From Acidimicrobiales bacterium (GTDB taxonomy: Bacteria > Actinomycetota > Acidimicrobiia > Acidimicrobiales > SZUA-35): a stretch of DNA of 64,000 nucleotides. Within the stretch, counting starts at the first letter, position 1; every line of letters starts with the position of its first letter. The stretch is taken from NCBI GenBank assembly GCA_050330635.1, contig JBHJNQ010000024.1:38374-102373 (forward strand), given 5' to 3'. Below the pieces are notes generated by a model. It was not told where the DNA came from and did not search any database. It worked only from the letters and a program-made list of their open reading frames with translations. Of the stretch, positions 45,791 through 55,275 are shown in pieces. A program made the translations under genes and the position numbers.

Positions 45791-46838
45791 ACGCACGCGA
45801 CGCAAGCAGGGGCATGACCCGCTCGCCGAACTCGGCGGTGGCCAACGGGTAGTCGTCGAACACGCACATCACGCCCTTCACCCCCGGGATGGCCCCCACC
45901 TCGTCGAGGCGGGCGGCCACGGTGGCGTGACTCCCGACGATGGGACCGATGTTGAGGTTGAAGGCGCCCTTCATCTCGGTGATCTTCTCCGCCGTGGCCC
46001 CCGCGGTGTCGAGGCTGGCCTGCCCGGTCATGAAGGCGATGGCCTCGAGGTCGGCCCCGTCGCGGTAGTGCTGCCACTTCTGCTCGGCCTCGGCGTCGGT
46101 CTCACCCATCGTGATCTGGAACAGCACGTAGACACCGACGTCACGCCCGGCCACCTCGGAGGCGGCCAGGAGTCGGGAGGCGTCGGATCGCACGACGTCG
46201 AAGTCGTCGGTGCCGATGATGAACTGGACGTCGCCTTGTTCGGCGCAGAACTGCATGCCACGATCCGACTGGCCGGCGCAGACGAGCGGCACCGAACCGT
46301 TGCGGGGCGGGGGCGACAAGCGACAGTCGTCCATCTGGAAGTAGTCACCCCGGTGGTTGCTGACGCCCTCGGCCCACAGCTCCCGCATGATCGACACGTA
46401 CTCGGTGGCGTAGTCGTAGCGCTTCTCGTAGTACCAGTCGCCGGGCCACAGGTTCATCTGGGCGTACTCCGACTGGTTCCAACCGGACACGATGTTGATG
46501 CCGAACCGGCCGCCGGAGATGTCGTCGATCGTGGCGGCCATGCGGGCCACCATGGCCGGGTGGAGGGTGGGCAGCGCCACCGAGGCGAACAGCTCGATCT
46601 CGGACGTGACGGCGGCGAGGCCGGCCATGAGGGTGAAGGATTCGAGGTTGTGGTCCCAGAACTGGGTGGCACCGCCGAAGCCCCGCAACTTCACCATCGA
46701 GAGCAGGAAGTCGAACCCGGCGGCCTCCGCCCGTTCGGCCACGGTGCGGTTGAGCTCGAAGCTCGGCATGTACTGCGGAGCGTTGGCTGACATCATCCAG
46801 CCGTTGTTGCCGATGGGGATGAAGATGCCGAGATCCAC
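45786..46838 (-). CDS. rutA: Pyrimidine monooxygenase RutA-like LLM flavoenzyme
   Basis: Close to E. coli RutA as I recall it: IGNNGW...APQYMP(S/T)FELN, LSM(V/I)KLRGFGG..FWDHNLESFTLMAGLAAVTS, ARMAATID.ISGGRFG.N.V.GW. Confidence 0.85.
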   Translation of the reverse strand: MDLGIFIPIGNNGWMMSANAPQYMPSFELNRTVAERAEAAGFDFLLSMVKLRGFGGATQFWDHNLESFTLMAGLAAVTSEIELFASVALPTLHPAMVARMAATIDDISGGRFGINIVSGWNQSEYAQMNLWPGDWYYEKRYDYATEYVSIMRELWAEGVSNHRGDYFQMDDCRLSPPPRNGSVPLVCAGQSDRGMQFCAEQGDVQFIIGTDDFDVVRSDASRLLAASEVAGRDVGVYVLFQITMGETDAEAEQKWQHYRDGADLEAIAFMTGQASLDTAGATAEKITEMKGAFNLNIGPIVGSHATVAARLDEVGAIPGVKGVMCVFDDYPLATAEFGERVMPLLASRAS

Positions 46839-46868
46839 GGGGGCCGCTCCTGGGTCGAGGCGGCGCCG

Positions 46869-47501
46869 TCAGCGCCGCTCGAGTCGATGGAAGCCAGACA
46901 GTACCTCGGCCCGATCGACCACGTCGGCGTACTTGGCGTCGAGGTCGAAGAGGTTGGCCCGGTGGACGTCGGGGTCGCGGTCGCCGCAGGCGTCGGCCAC
47001 CACCAGCGGCACGAAGCCGTGCTGGCAGGCGTCGACTGCGGTGGCCCGGACGCAGCCGCTGGTCGACACCCCGCACACGACGACGGTGTCGATGCTGGCG
47101 CTGGTGAGGGTGGCGGCCAACGACGTGGCGAAGAAGGCGGAGGCGTACTGTTTGGTCACCACCACCTCACCGGGGGCGGGGGTGAGGTCGGGGAGCCAGC
47201 GGCCCAGCTCGCCACCCCGATCGAACAGGGCGAGGGCGGCGACCTTGCGGTAAAAGATCCCGCCGTCACCGCCTCCCGGCTCGTACTCGACCCGGGTCCA
47301 CAGCACCGGCACCCTGCCGGCCCGGGCGGCGACGACGAGCTCACGGCAGGCGTCGGCCACGGCCGGTACCCCGGCGTACAACGGCGAGTGGGGCTCGAAG
47401 TAGGCCCGACACATGTCGACGACGACGAGGGCCGGCCGCGCCCCCATGCCCAGCCGACGGTTGAACCCGGCCCGCCGGTAGTCGTCGGCGACGTCACCCA
47501 C
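46869..47501 (-). CDS. Isochorismatase-family hydrolase (RutB-like amidohydrolase)
   Basis: ALVVVDM..., the K in TKQYASAFF, and the catalytic Cys in VVVCGVSTSGCVRATA. GTG start overlaps the upstream gene's end by 8 nt. Confidence 0.8.
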   Translation of the reverse strand: MGDVADDYRRAGFNRRLGMGARPALVVVDMCRAYFEPHSPLYAGVPAVADACRELVVAARAGRVPVLWTRVEYEPGGGDGGIFYRKVAALALFDRGGELGRWLPDLTPAPGEVVVTKQYASAFFATSLAATLTSASIDTVVVCGVSTSGCVRATAVDACQHGFVPLVVADACGDRDPDVHRANLFDLDAKYADVVDRAEVLSGFHRLERR

Positions 47502-48387
47502 GGTCGTCCCCTCCGGAGGCGGCGACCGACGGGGGGCCGGCCTCCAGGCGTTCCCGGGTCTCGGCCCGGCGGGCCGCCCCGTGCTGGTCGTCGCCCCACC
47601 GGTTCTCGATCCACCACGTCGCACCGGCCGCCGCCAACGGGGTGACCGTCTCGGTGCCGGCGGTGGCATCGTCGGCCGGTGTCTGACCCTCGCACACCAG
47701 ATCGAGGGTCCGCCCCGACGGACCATGCTCGTCGAGCCATGCCCGCATCTCGGCCACCTGCTCCCGGTCGGGCGAGCTGGGGCCGCCCCGTAGGTTCGGC
47801 AGGTAGCCGTCGCCCCTCAGCACCCGCCGCATCGATCGCGGCGCCCCCCACAGCCCCACGATCCACACCGGGGGGCGGGGGCGTTGCACCGGGTCGGCGG
47901 CCCCGGTGAGGGAGGGCCGGTCGAGGTCGACCGTGTGGTGGGTGCCGCGATGGGCCCGGTCACCGGCGAGGAGGGCGTCGATGATGGCGAGACCGTCGTC
48001 GAGCAGCTCGGCCCGATGCCTTCGATCGGTGGGCTCGCCCGTCTGGCCCAGCTCGTCGTCGACGGCGCCGAGGCCCACCGAGAGGATCGCACGCCCGTTC
48101 GAGAGCTGGTCGACGGTGGTCAACTGGCTGGCCACCTTCCAAGGCCGCCGCCACGCAAGGGGGGTGAGGAGGGTGCCGAGCCGGACCCGTTCGGTGGCCA
48201 CCGCCATCGCCGCCAGCAACGACCAGGCGTCGACCCCGAACGCCGTCTCCCACACGAAGACCCCGTCCCACCCGGCGTCTTCGGCCACCCGGGCCAGCTC
48301 GAGCTGCTGCGGCGCGGTGCCGCCGGGGAGGACGAAGCCGCAGCGCAGCGGCGGAGGCGAGGCGGGGGGCACAGTCGAATCGCTCAT
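47494..48387 (-). CDS. LLM-class flavin/F420-dependent oxidoreductase
   Basis: ...AEDAGWDGVFVWE..., LSNGRAILSVGLGA pattern. Confidence 0.8.
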   Translation of the reverse strand: MSDSTVPPASPPPLRCGFVLPGGTAPQQLELARVAEDAGWDGVFVWETAFGVDAWSLLAAMAVATERVRLGTLLTPLAWRRPWKVASQLTTVDQLSNGRAILSVGLGAVDDELGQTGEPTDRRHRAELLDDGLAIIDALLAGDRAHRGTHHTVDLDRPSLTGAADPVQRPRPPVWIVGLWGAPRSMRRVLRGDGYLPNLRGGPSSPDREQVAEMRAWLDEHGPSGRTLDLVCEGQTPADDATAGTETVTPLAAAGATWWIENRWGDDQHGAARRAETRERLEAGPPSVAASGGDDRG

Positions 48388-48525
48388 GACACCACCTTGG
48401 CACCCGGGCCGGGACCGTACCCGTCACCGGCGATCCCGCCGATCGGGCGCTCCGTCGACCCGGGCCACCCCGTCGAACCGGGCGACCCCGGCAACCCCAC
48501 GGCGGGGTCGATCTAGGGTGGGGCC

Positions 48526-49419
48526 ATGGCTGATCTCCTCCGTTCCCGGCCCCAGGGGCCGGCCGCCCTCCGGGCCCTGCTGGCCCGCCCCGAGCCGATC
48601 CTGCTGCCCGGCTGCTATGACGCACTCGGGGGCCGGCTCATCGAGCAGGTCGGCTTCGACGCCGTCTACATGACCGGGTTCGGCACCGCCGCCTCGCTCA
48701 TCGGCCGGCCCGACGTCGGCCTCCTCGGGTTGGGGGAGATGGTCGACAACGCCCGCCGCATCTGCGCCGCCGTCGACCTGCCGGTGGTGGCCGATGCCGA
48801 CACCGGCTACGGCAACCCGCTCAACGTAATCCGTACCGTGCAGGAGTACGAGCGGGCCGGCGTGGCCGGGCTCCACATCGAGGACCAGGTCATGCCCAAG
48901 CGGTGCGGCCACATGGAGGGCAAGCAGGTCGTGCCCACCGCCGAGATGGTGGCCAAGATCCGGGCCGCCGTTGCCGCCCGCCACGACCCCGACCTCGTCC
49001 TCATCGCCCGCACCGACGCCCGGGCCCCCCACGGATTCGACGACGCCCTCGACCGGGCCCGCCGTTTCGCCGAGGCCGGGGCCGACGTGCTGTTCGTGGA
49101 GGCCCTCACCGGCGAGGACGAGATCGAGCGGGTGGCCACGGAGCTCGCCGGCATCCCGCTGGTGTTCAACTGGGCCGAGGGGGGCAAGACCCCACCCCTC
49201 ACCCACGACCGGCTGGCCGAGCTGGGCTACCGGATGATCATCATGCCCATCAGCACCCTGCTGGCCGCCACCCGGGCCATGCAGGAAGTGTTGGCCACCA
49301 TCAAAGCCTGTGGCACCCCGGTGGAGGCCCTGCCCTCGCTCCCCACGTTCGGGGGATTCACCGACATCATCGGCCTCCCCGAGATCGACGAGCTCGGCAC
49401 CCGCTTCGCCGCCGGCTGA
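48526..49419 (+). CDS. Isocitrate lyase/PEP mutase family protein (methylisocitrate-lyase-like)
   Basis: PGCYDALGGRL, DADTGYGN, EDQVMPKRCGHMEGK, IARTDA. Confidence 0.88.
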   Translation: MADLLRSRPQGPAALRALLARPEPILLPGCYDALGGRLIEQVGFDAVYMTGFGTAASLIGRPDVGLLGLGEMVDNARRICAAVDLPVVADADTGYGNPLNVIRTVQEYERAGVAGLHIEDQVMPKRCGHMEGKQVVPTAEMVAKIRAAVAARHDPDLVLIARTDARAPHGFDDALDRARRFAEAGADVLFVEALTGEDEIERVATELAGIPLVFNWAEGGKTPPLTHDRLAELGYRMIIMPISTLLAATRAMQEVLATIKACGTPVEALPSLPTFGGFTDIIGLPEIDELGTRFAAG

Positions 49420-49766
49420 CCCATCGCGTCGCCGCCGGGTGCCCGCAGGTCTCGTAGCTCGGCCGGACCGATCCGGTTGGACGTGCGCCACGACGTGGTC
49501 GTCGACGCCACCGGACCGAACAGGGTCTTCGAACCTCGCAACATCGACTTGTCCGGTTCCCCGGTCGAGGCCCTCCCCACTGCCGCGTTCGGCAGCCTCA
49601 AGGACCTGATCGGCCTCGGCGGCGGCTTCACCGCCGGGTGACGAACCTTGCACCCTTGCCTCGGAGGGCGGCGGAGCGTGTTGCCACCTGGCTGGCGTCG
49701 GGCGGTGGACGATGCGTCGAACATGTGTTCGTCTCACTGTCACACCTGGTCGTCAAACTTGGGGCC

Positions 49767-51041
49767 ATGGTGATCATGGCGGCGAGCACAGCAGGACCCT
49801 CAGCGAGGCGCACGGTCGACGGCACGGTTGGTTACGGGACTGGTCGGAGGGGAGTGGGTGCGGCGGTCGGGCGGGAGTCGGTCGATGATTTGGCGTCGGC
49901 GGTGATGCGGTGGGGGGCGTGGGTTTCGGCCCGGTCGGCCGGTGGTGGGTGGTCGGCGGAGACGTTGGCCGGGGCGATGGCGGGGTGGCGGCGGCTGCAG
50001 CGATGTTGCGACGCGGTTGGGCTGGCGCTGGCCGAGGCCGCCGACGGTCTGGCAGCCGCCGGGTCGGGTCCGCCGGCCGACGTGGCGTTGGCCGCCGAGG
50101 GCTCGGTCACCGAGGCGACGGCCCGGGTCGAGGCCGAACGGGCACGAGCGGCGGCGGGGTTCCCCGTGCTTCGAGACGCGGTGGCCGCCGGCCACGTGGG
50201 CGCAGCCAACCTCGACGGGTTGGCTCGCACCCTGGAGGGCTTTACCGCCGACGAGGTGGCGGCGATGCAGGAACGAGACCACGAGATGGCCGGCGTGGTC
50301 GTCCGGCTCGGTCCGGACAGTTTCCGGCGATGGCTCCACCGGGTCAGGGACCGTATCCGAGCCGATCACGGGTCCGGGGCGGCCGAACGGGCCCGGCGTG
50401 ACGCCTTCGTGCGCATCTCCCCCGACCGGGAACGGCGGGGCTACCGGGTCTCGGGTTGGCTGCCCGCCCTCGACGGCGCTGCGGCACGAGCGGCGCTCGA
50501 CAGCGAGTATCGGCGCCTTGTCCGCCCCCATCCGGACACCGACGATCGCAGCCGCCGTGAGCATGCCGGGCGCAACGACGAGCTCGACGGGACCGACGGG
50601 GCCAGCGGGGGCGGGGGGGCGGCCGGATCGTCGTCGGTGAGGACCCCCGATGTCCTGCTCGATCCGGACAGATCGCCCCGCGAGATCCCAGGCGGCGGGC
50701 CGGAGACGGCACCGATGATCCTGGCCCGTGCGTTCACCGGGCTGTTGATTCGAGGGGCCAACACGACCCCGTCGTTCGCCAACCAGCGGGTGGGGGTCGA
50801 GGTCACCGTCCTGGCCGACGGTCGGCCGGGTGGCCGGTCAGGTCACGGCCCGAAGCATCTGCACCTTGGTGCCGCTCGGGTCGAGCACACCCCGCTCGGG
50901 TCGAGCACACCCCGCTGCCACCGGTGGGACGGCCTCGACAGCAACTTGACAACCGAACAGCCGGCCGCAGCCAGCGCCCCTCGGCTTCACCCCCCGGTAC
51001 CGGTCGGTCCCAGGCTTGCCGCCGTCGCTGGACGGGGGTGA
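49767..51041 (+). pseudogene. DUF222 / REP13E12-type HNH endonuclease family remnant (nuclease part missing)
   Basis: A DUF222-like region (...VLRDAVAAGHVGAANLDGLARTL...RRDAFVRISPDRERRGYRVSGWLPALDGAAA...) loses sense after ...VEVTVLADG (~50815). No HNH motif follows. Confidence 0.55.
50872..50916. repeat. 20-nt tandem duplication x2.25 (CCGCTCGGGTCGAGCACACC)
   Basis: Two identical copies plus a partial third, immediately after the decayed end of the DUF222 remnant. Confidence 0.85.
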
Positions 51042-51050
51042 ACTGTCGCC

Positions 51051-51752
51051 ATGACCGAGCCGCTGACCGACGCCGACCTCGACGCCCTCCGGGCCCTCGA
51101 CACCCCCACCGTGTGCAATGCGCTCGAGGTCGTCGCTCCCGACCGGCGGGGTAGCGGCTACACCGTCAACCCCTTCTTCTGCCCCCGCCCCGAGCTGGCG
51201 CCGATCGTGGGCTACGCCCGGACCGGCACGATCCGTTCGATGCAGCCCTCCGACCGCTCGCCGGCCGACGACACCGAGACCCGGCTCGCCTACTACGAGC
51301 ACATCGGCCAGGGCGAGGGGCCGACGATCACCGTCATCGAGGACCTCGACGCCGTGCCCGGCTACGGCGCCTGGTGGGGTGAGGTCAACACCAACATCCA
51401 CAAAGGACTGGGGTCGCTCGGGGTCATCACCAACGGCAGCATCCGCGACCTCGACGACGCCGCCGAAGGGTTCCAGATGCTGGCCGGCATGGCCGGGCCG
51501 TCCCACGCCTGGGTCCGCATCGTCGAGCACGCCGTCACCGTCACCGTCCATGGCATGACCGTCCGCCCCGGCGATCTGATCCACGCCGACCGTCACGGGG
51601 CGGTCATCGTCCCCGTCGACGTCGCCCGCGACGTGCCCGCCGCCGCCGCCGCCATCGCCGCCGCCGAGGGGCGCATCATCGCCGCCAGCCAGCAGCCCGG
51701 CTTCTCGGCCGCCACCCTCCGGGAGATGCTCGGCGGGCGGACCGGGCACTGA
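51051..51752 (+). CDS. RraA family protein (HMG/oxaloacetate aldolase-decarboxylase-like)
   Basis: L..LDTPTVCNALE..., WWGEVNT..., GVITNGSIRD, HADRHGAVIVP. Confidence 0.88.
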   Translation: MTEPLTDADLDALRALDTPTVCNALEVVAPDRRGSGYTVNPFFCPRPELAPIVGYARTGTIRSMQPSDRSPADDTETRLAYYEHIGQGEGPTITVIEDLDAVPGYGAWWGEVNTNIHKGLGSLGVITNGSIRDLDDAAEGFQMLAGMAGPSHAWVRIVEHAVTVTVHGMTVRPGDLIHADRHGAVIVPVDVARDVPAAAAAIAAAEGRIIAASQQPGFSAATLREMLGGRTGH

Positions 51753-53036
51753 GTGGCCCGAACCCTGACGGCCGCAGTCGAGGCGGTCAAGCGACTCCAA
51801 TCCGACGAGCGGTTGCTCGTCATCTGCGGTTCGACGGTGCTCGTCATGGCCGGTCAGGGCGTGGTGGCACCCGTCCTCCCGCTCTACGCCGACGGGTTCG
51901 GGGTGTCGACCGCAGTCGTCGGTCTCACGTTCACCTCCTTCGGGCTGGCCCGGCTGGCCCTCAACGTGCCGGCGGGGCTGTGGGCCGACCGCTACGGGCG
52001 GAGGTTGCTCCTGATCGGTGGACCGATCGTCACCGCCGTCGGCATGATCGGCTCCGGACTTGCTCCCTCGATCTGGGTGCTCCTGGCATGGCGGCTGGTG
52101 GCCGGCGCCGGGTCGGCCCTCTACATGACGGGCGCCCAGATCTACCTGATCGACATCGCCGCCGAACATCAGCGGGGCCGCTACATCGCCACCAACCAGG
52201 GGGCGCTGCTGGTCGGGGTCAGCGTCGGGCCGGCGGTCGGTGGCCTCCTCGCCGCCGCCTACGGTTTGCGGGCGCCGTTCATCGTGGTCGGCATCGGCGC
52301 CCTCCTCACCGCCGTCTACGGTGCCCTCCGGTTACCTGAGACCGGCGGCCCCGATGGCGACGACCCGGCCGATCCGATCCCGGCGTCGGAGGTGTCACGG
52401 GCCCGTCGGACGTTCCTCACGTCACCCCAGTTCGTGGCCGTCGGCCTCGTCAGCTTCGCCATCTTCGGCATAAGGGCCGGTTACCGCCAGACCCTGGTTC
52501 CGCTCGTGGGGGCCGATCGGTTCGGCTTCGACACCGGCGACCTGGGCCTGCTGTTCACCGGCCTCGGGATCGTCGGTCTCGTCCTGATCGGCCCGGCCGG
52601 CTGGGTGGCCGACCGGTTCGGCCGGAAACCGGCGATCGTGCCGCCCGGCTACGTCGCCGTGGCCGGGGTGGTGCTGACCGCCCTGTCCGGCAGCGAGCTC
52701 TGGTTCGTGTTCGGACTCGTCCTGTCCGCCGTCGGGACGGGGGTCAGCGGCCCGGCCCCGGCCGCCTTCGTGGCCGACATCGCCCCCCCGGAACTCCGGG
52801 GGTCGGCCATGGGCCTGTACCGCACGTGGGGTGACCTCGGTCTGGTGCTGTCGCCGGTGCTCAGCGGGGCGCTGGCCGACGCCACCTCGATACCCACCGC
52901 CATGATGGCCAACGCCGCCGTGCTCGCCGCCGCCGTCACCTGGTTCCTCGTCGTGGGACGGGAACCGGCACGGCTGCCGCCCCCGGCTGAGGGCGAGACT
53001 CGTGCGATCCGGGACGAGCCGTCGCCCCCCAGCTAG
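51753..53036 (+). CDS. MFS transporter (12-TM type)
   Basis: GLWADRYGRRLLLIGG (motif A) and hydrophobic helices throughout. GTG start abuts the RraA stop. Confidence 0.88.
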   Translation: MARTLTAAVEAVKRLQSDERLLVICGSTVLVMAGQGVVAPVLPLYADGFGVSTAVVGLTFTSFGLARLALNVPAGLWADRYGRRLLLIGGPIVTAVGMIGSGLAPSIWVLLAWRLVAGAGSALYMTGAQIYLIDIAAEHQRGRYIATNQGALLVGVSVGPAVGGLLAAAYGLRAPFIVVGIGALLTAVYGALRLPETGGPDGDDPADPIPASEVSRARRTFLTSPQFVAVGLVSFAIFGIRAGYRQTLVPLVGADRFGFDTGDLGLLFTGLGIVGLVLIGPAGWVADRFGRKPAIVPPGYVAVAGVVLTALSGSELWFVFGLVLSAVGTGVSGPAPAAFVADIAPPELRGSAMGLYRTWGDLGLVLSPVLSGALADATSIPTAMMANAAVLAAAVTWFLVVGREPARLPPPAEGETRAIRDEPSPPS

Positions 53037-53041
53037 GGCGT

Positions 53042-53100
53042 GGAGACCGCTCAGCCGGGGCGGGAGACCGCTCAGCCGGGCGGGAGACCGCTCAGCCGGG
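53042..53100. repeat. ~20-nt tandem repeat x3 (GGAGACCGCTCAGCCGGG[GC]) duplicating the 3' end and stop of the VanW-like gene
   Basis: Three units. Each contains TCAGCCGGG, the reverse complement of CCCGGCTGA (Pro-Gly-stop). Only the last unit (TCA at 53092-53094) terminates the gene. Confidence 0.9.
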
Positions 53101-54466
53101 ATAGCCCTCGTTGTAGCGCCAGAGGTAGGCGTCCTCGGAGCTGGTGCCGTCGGGGCGGGTGACGGTGCGCCCGCAGCGGATACTGAACGGCCCTCCGACG
53201 CCGCCGGTGTCGAAGGGCTCGCCGATCCACGAGTCGACCTCGGCCCACCGCACCCCGACCAGAGCCACGGTGACCGAGGACGACGTGTAGGACGTGTCGA
53301 TGGTGAGGTCGTAGGGGGTGTCGTTGGTGACCACCACGTCGAGCAGGTTCCAGGCCAGGGTGGCCTCACGGCACATCGGATAGCGCTCGAAGTAGATGGT
53401 GTGTTGGCGGAACTCGTCGAGCCGGAGCCCGGCCAGCCACGACGCGTTGAGGAACGTGGTGCCCATCTGGCTGACACCACCGCCGGTCACGCTGATGATG
53501 TTGCCGACCTCGTCGATGTAGCCGTTGGGGCCGAAGCCCCGGGCCTCGGTCCGCTCACCGATGCCGTCGTTCAACGAGTAGCTCCAACCGGCCGGGATCA
53601 CATCGCCGTCGATGTAGTCGGCGGCCCGGTGGATGTTGTTGTTGCGGCGCTCACCGGGCTCGAGGGGCGTGGTGAAACTGGACACCACCTGACGACGCAC
53701 CTCGAGCGTGAACTCGTAATCGGCCCGGGCCACGGTCTCGCCGTCATAGCCGAGGACGGTCACGATCACGGGGGCCGAGGTTCCTGCCGGAGCCCACGTC
53801 GGCGTCGACGCGCACCCGCACCGTGTCCACCGCGTCGACCCCGGCTCCGCCGGCCGGTGAGGCCTCGACCACCACCAGCTCCTCCCGTTGGAGCGACTCG
53901 GCCGAACGGAGCAGGGCGAGGGCGACAGCGAACCGGTCCTCTCCGTCGTCGAGCAGGCCGGTCCAGTAGCGGAGACCGTCGGGTTCCGCCTCCCGAGCCA
54001 GCAGGTCCCGGTACAGGGCCTGGACGAACCCCTCGGCGGTGCCGCTCCCGAAACGTTCGCCGTACTCCTCCGACGCCAACAGTCGGGCCTGGAGATCGGT
54101 GAGGGTGAGGGTGTCGCACAAGGCGCCGGCCCAGTGATCGAGGCCGCCGGGGTCGGGAGTCCGGCGCAGGACCTGCTCGTAGGCGCCGGAGACCGTGTGG
54201 TGGCGATACTCGGGCGAGTTGCCGATCCAGGCCAGTACGGCCCGGGGTGGCTCGCCGTCCTCCAGGAGCCCGATCCAGTACTGGCGGCCCTCGGGTTCGG
54301 GCGTCCGCCCCAACAGATCACGGTAGACGGCATCGACCGAGCCACCCGGGTTGACTTCCGCCTGGCCCTGGGCGGCGGCCGGAACGACAGCCGGCGAGCC
54401 TGCCAGCGCGAGCGTCAGAACGAGCAGGGCCGCGAAGGCCGAGACCCGGCCCCTCGCCTGGTGCAC
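53092..54466 (-). pseudogene. Secreted DUF4214-repeat / VanW-domain protein, apparently frameshifted near 53770-53800
   Basis: Frame 1 carries a signal peptide plus 2x DUF4214-like repeats (VDAVYRDLLGRTPEPEGRQYW; VQALYRDLLAREAEPDGLRYW). Frame 2 continues as ...APVIVTVLGYDG... plus the VanW core. There is a G5 run at 53770-53774. Confidence 0.6.
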
Positions 54467-54480
54467 GCGGTCGGCGGCGA

Positions 54481-55101
54481 TCAACGTTCGAGCTGGCGGA
54501 CCGTCGCCGACCCCACCGCCAGCAGCACCCGGTCTTCGCCGACATCACGGATGAAATGGGCGGGAATAGTCTGCTCGTCACGGAACCATCCCGGGTCGAC
54601 CTCGATCGCCACCATGTCCCCGGCATCGGAGACGTCGACCGCCTTCACCTTGCCGATGTCCTCCCCGTCGGTGGTGATGACCGAGGAACCGGTCGACGCC
54701 ACGGTGGAACCCTCGGGAACGTTGCGTGTGACCTCGGTGGCGGTTCCGGCCGGATAGGTGGGGTACATGGCCGGGACGCCCAAGAACGGGTAGCCCCACG
54801 CCAACGGGGCCGTCGTAGCCGTCGGGTGAGACCGCTGGGCCGATTCCTCGAGGTCGATGTAGTGCGTCTCGATGAACACGGGAAGCTCATCGAGTTGGAT
54901 CGTGGTGTTGAGTAGCACCTCGTCGGCACCGGCACTGGCCACGATGTCGACGGGGACCACCCGCTCCTCGGGGAAGAGGAACCCCTTCGAGATCACGAGG
55001 TGGGTGATGGTGTCCCGTGATGGATCCACGACCAGACGCTCGATATCGCCCAGCTTGTCGCCCGACGCCGACCGGACCTCGGTACCTTCGCGGAACTGCA
55101 T
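54481..55101 (-). CDS. Tandem PRC-barrel domain protein
   Basis: MQFREGTEVRSASGDKLGDIERLVVDP...THLVIS, plus a second copy (VITTDGEDIGKVKAVDVSD...MVAIEV). RBS gagaggagg. Confidence 0.8.
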   Translation of the reverse strand: MQFREGTEVRSASGDKLGDIERLVVDPSRDTITHLVISKGFLFPEERVVPVDIVASAGADEVLLNTTIQLDELPVFIETHYIDLEESAQRSHPTATTAPLAWGYPFLGVPAMYPTYPAGTATEVTRNVPEGSTVASTGSSVITTDGEDIGKVKAVDVSDAGDMVAIEVDPGWFRDEQTIPAHFIRDVGEDRVLLAVGSATVRQLER

Positions 55102-55275
55102 GTCGATGTCGACCTCCTCTCGCGTAGCCGTCACTACCCGCCAGAGGTGAACCGAAACCGGGGGCCCGGTGTTGCCCGGGTCGTGCAACCCGGACGCCGG
55201 TCCTGGTGCGAACGGGGCCGGGCCGCCGCCCGCCGGCGTTGGGATCTCGGCCAGCGCGGGGCGTAACGTCTGGTC

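Noticed and set aside
49477-49641. A 54-codon TTG ORF (..FGSLKDLIGLGGGFTAG*) considered as a gene
   Set aside because: It has protein-like composition, but it is short, lacks an RBS and is unrecognisable to me. I mention it only as a possible gene remnant within the DUF222 finding.
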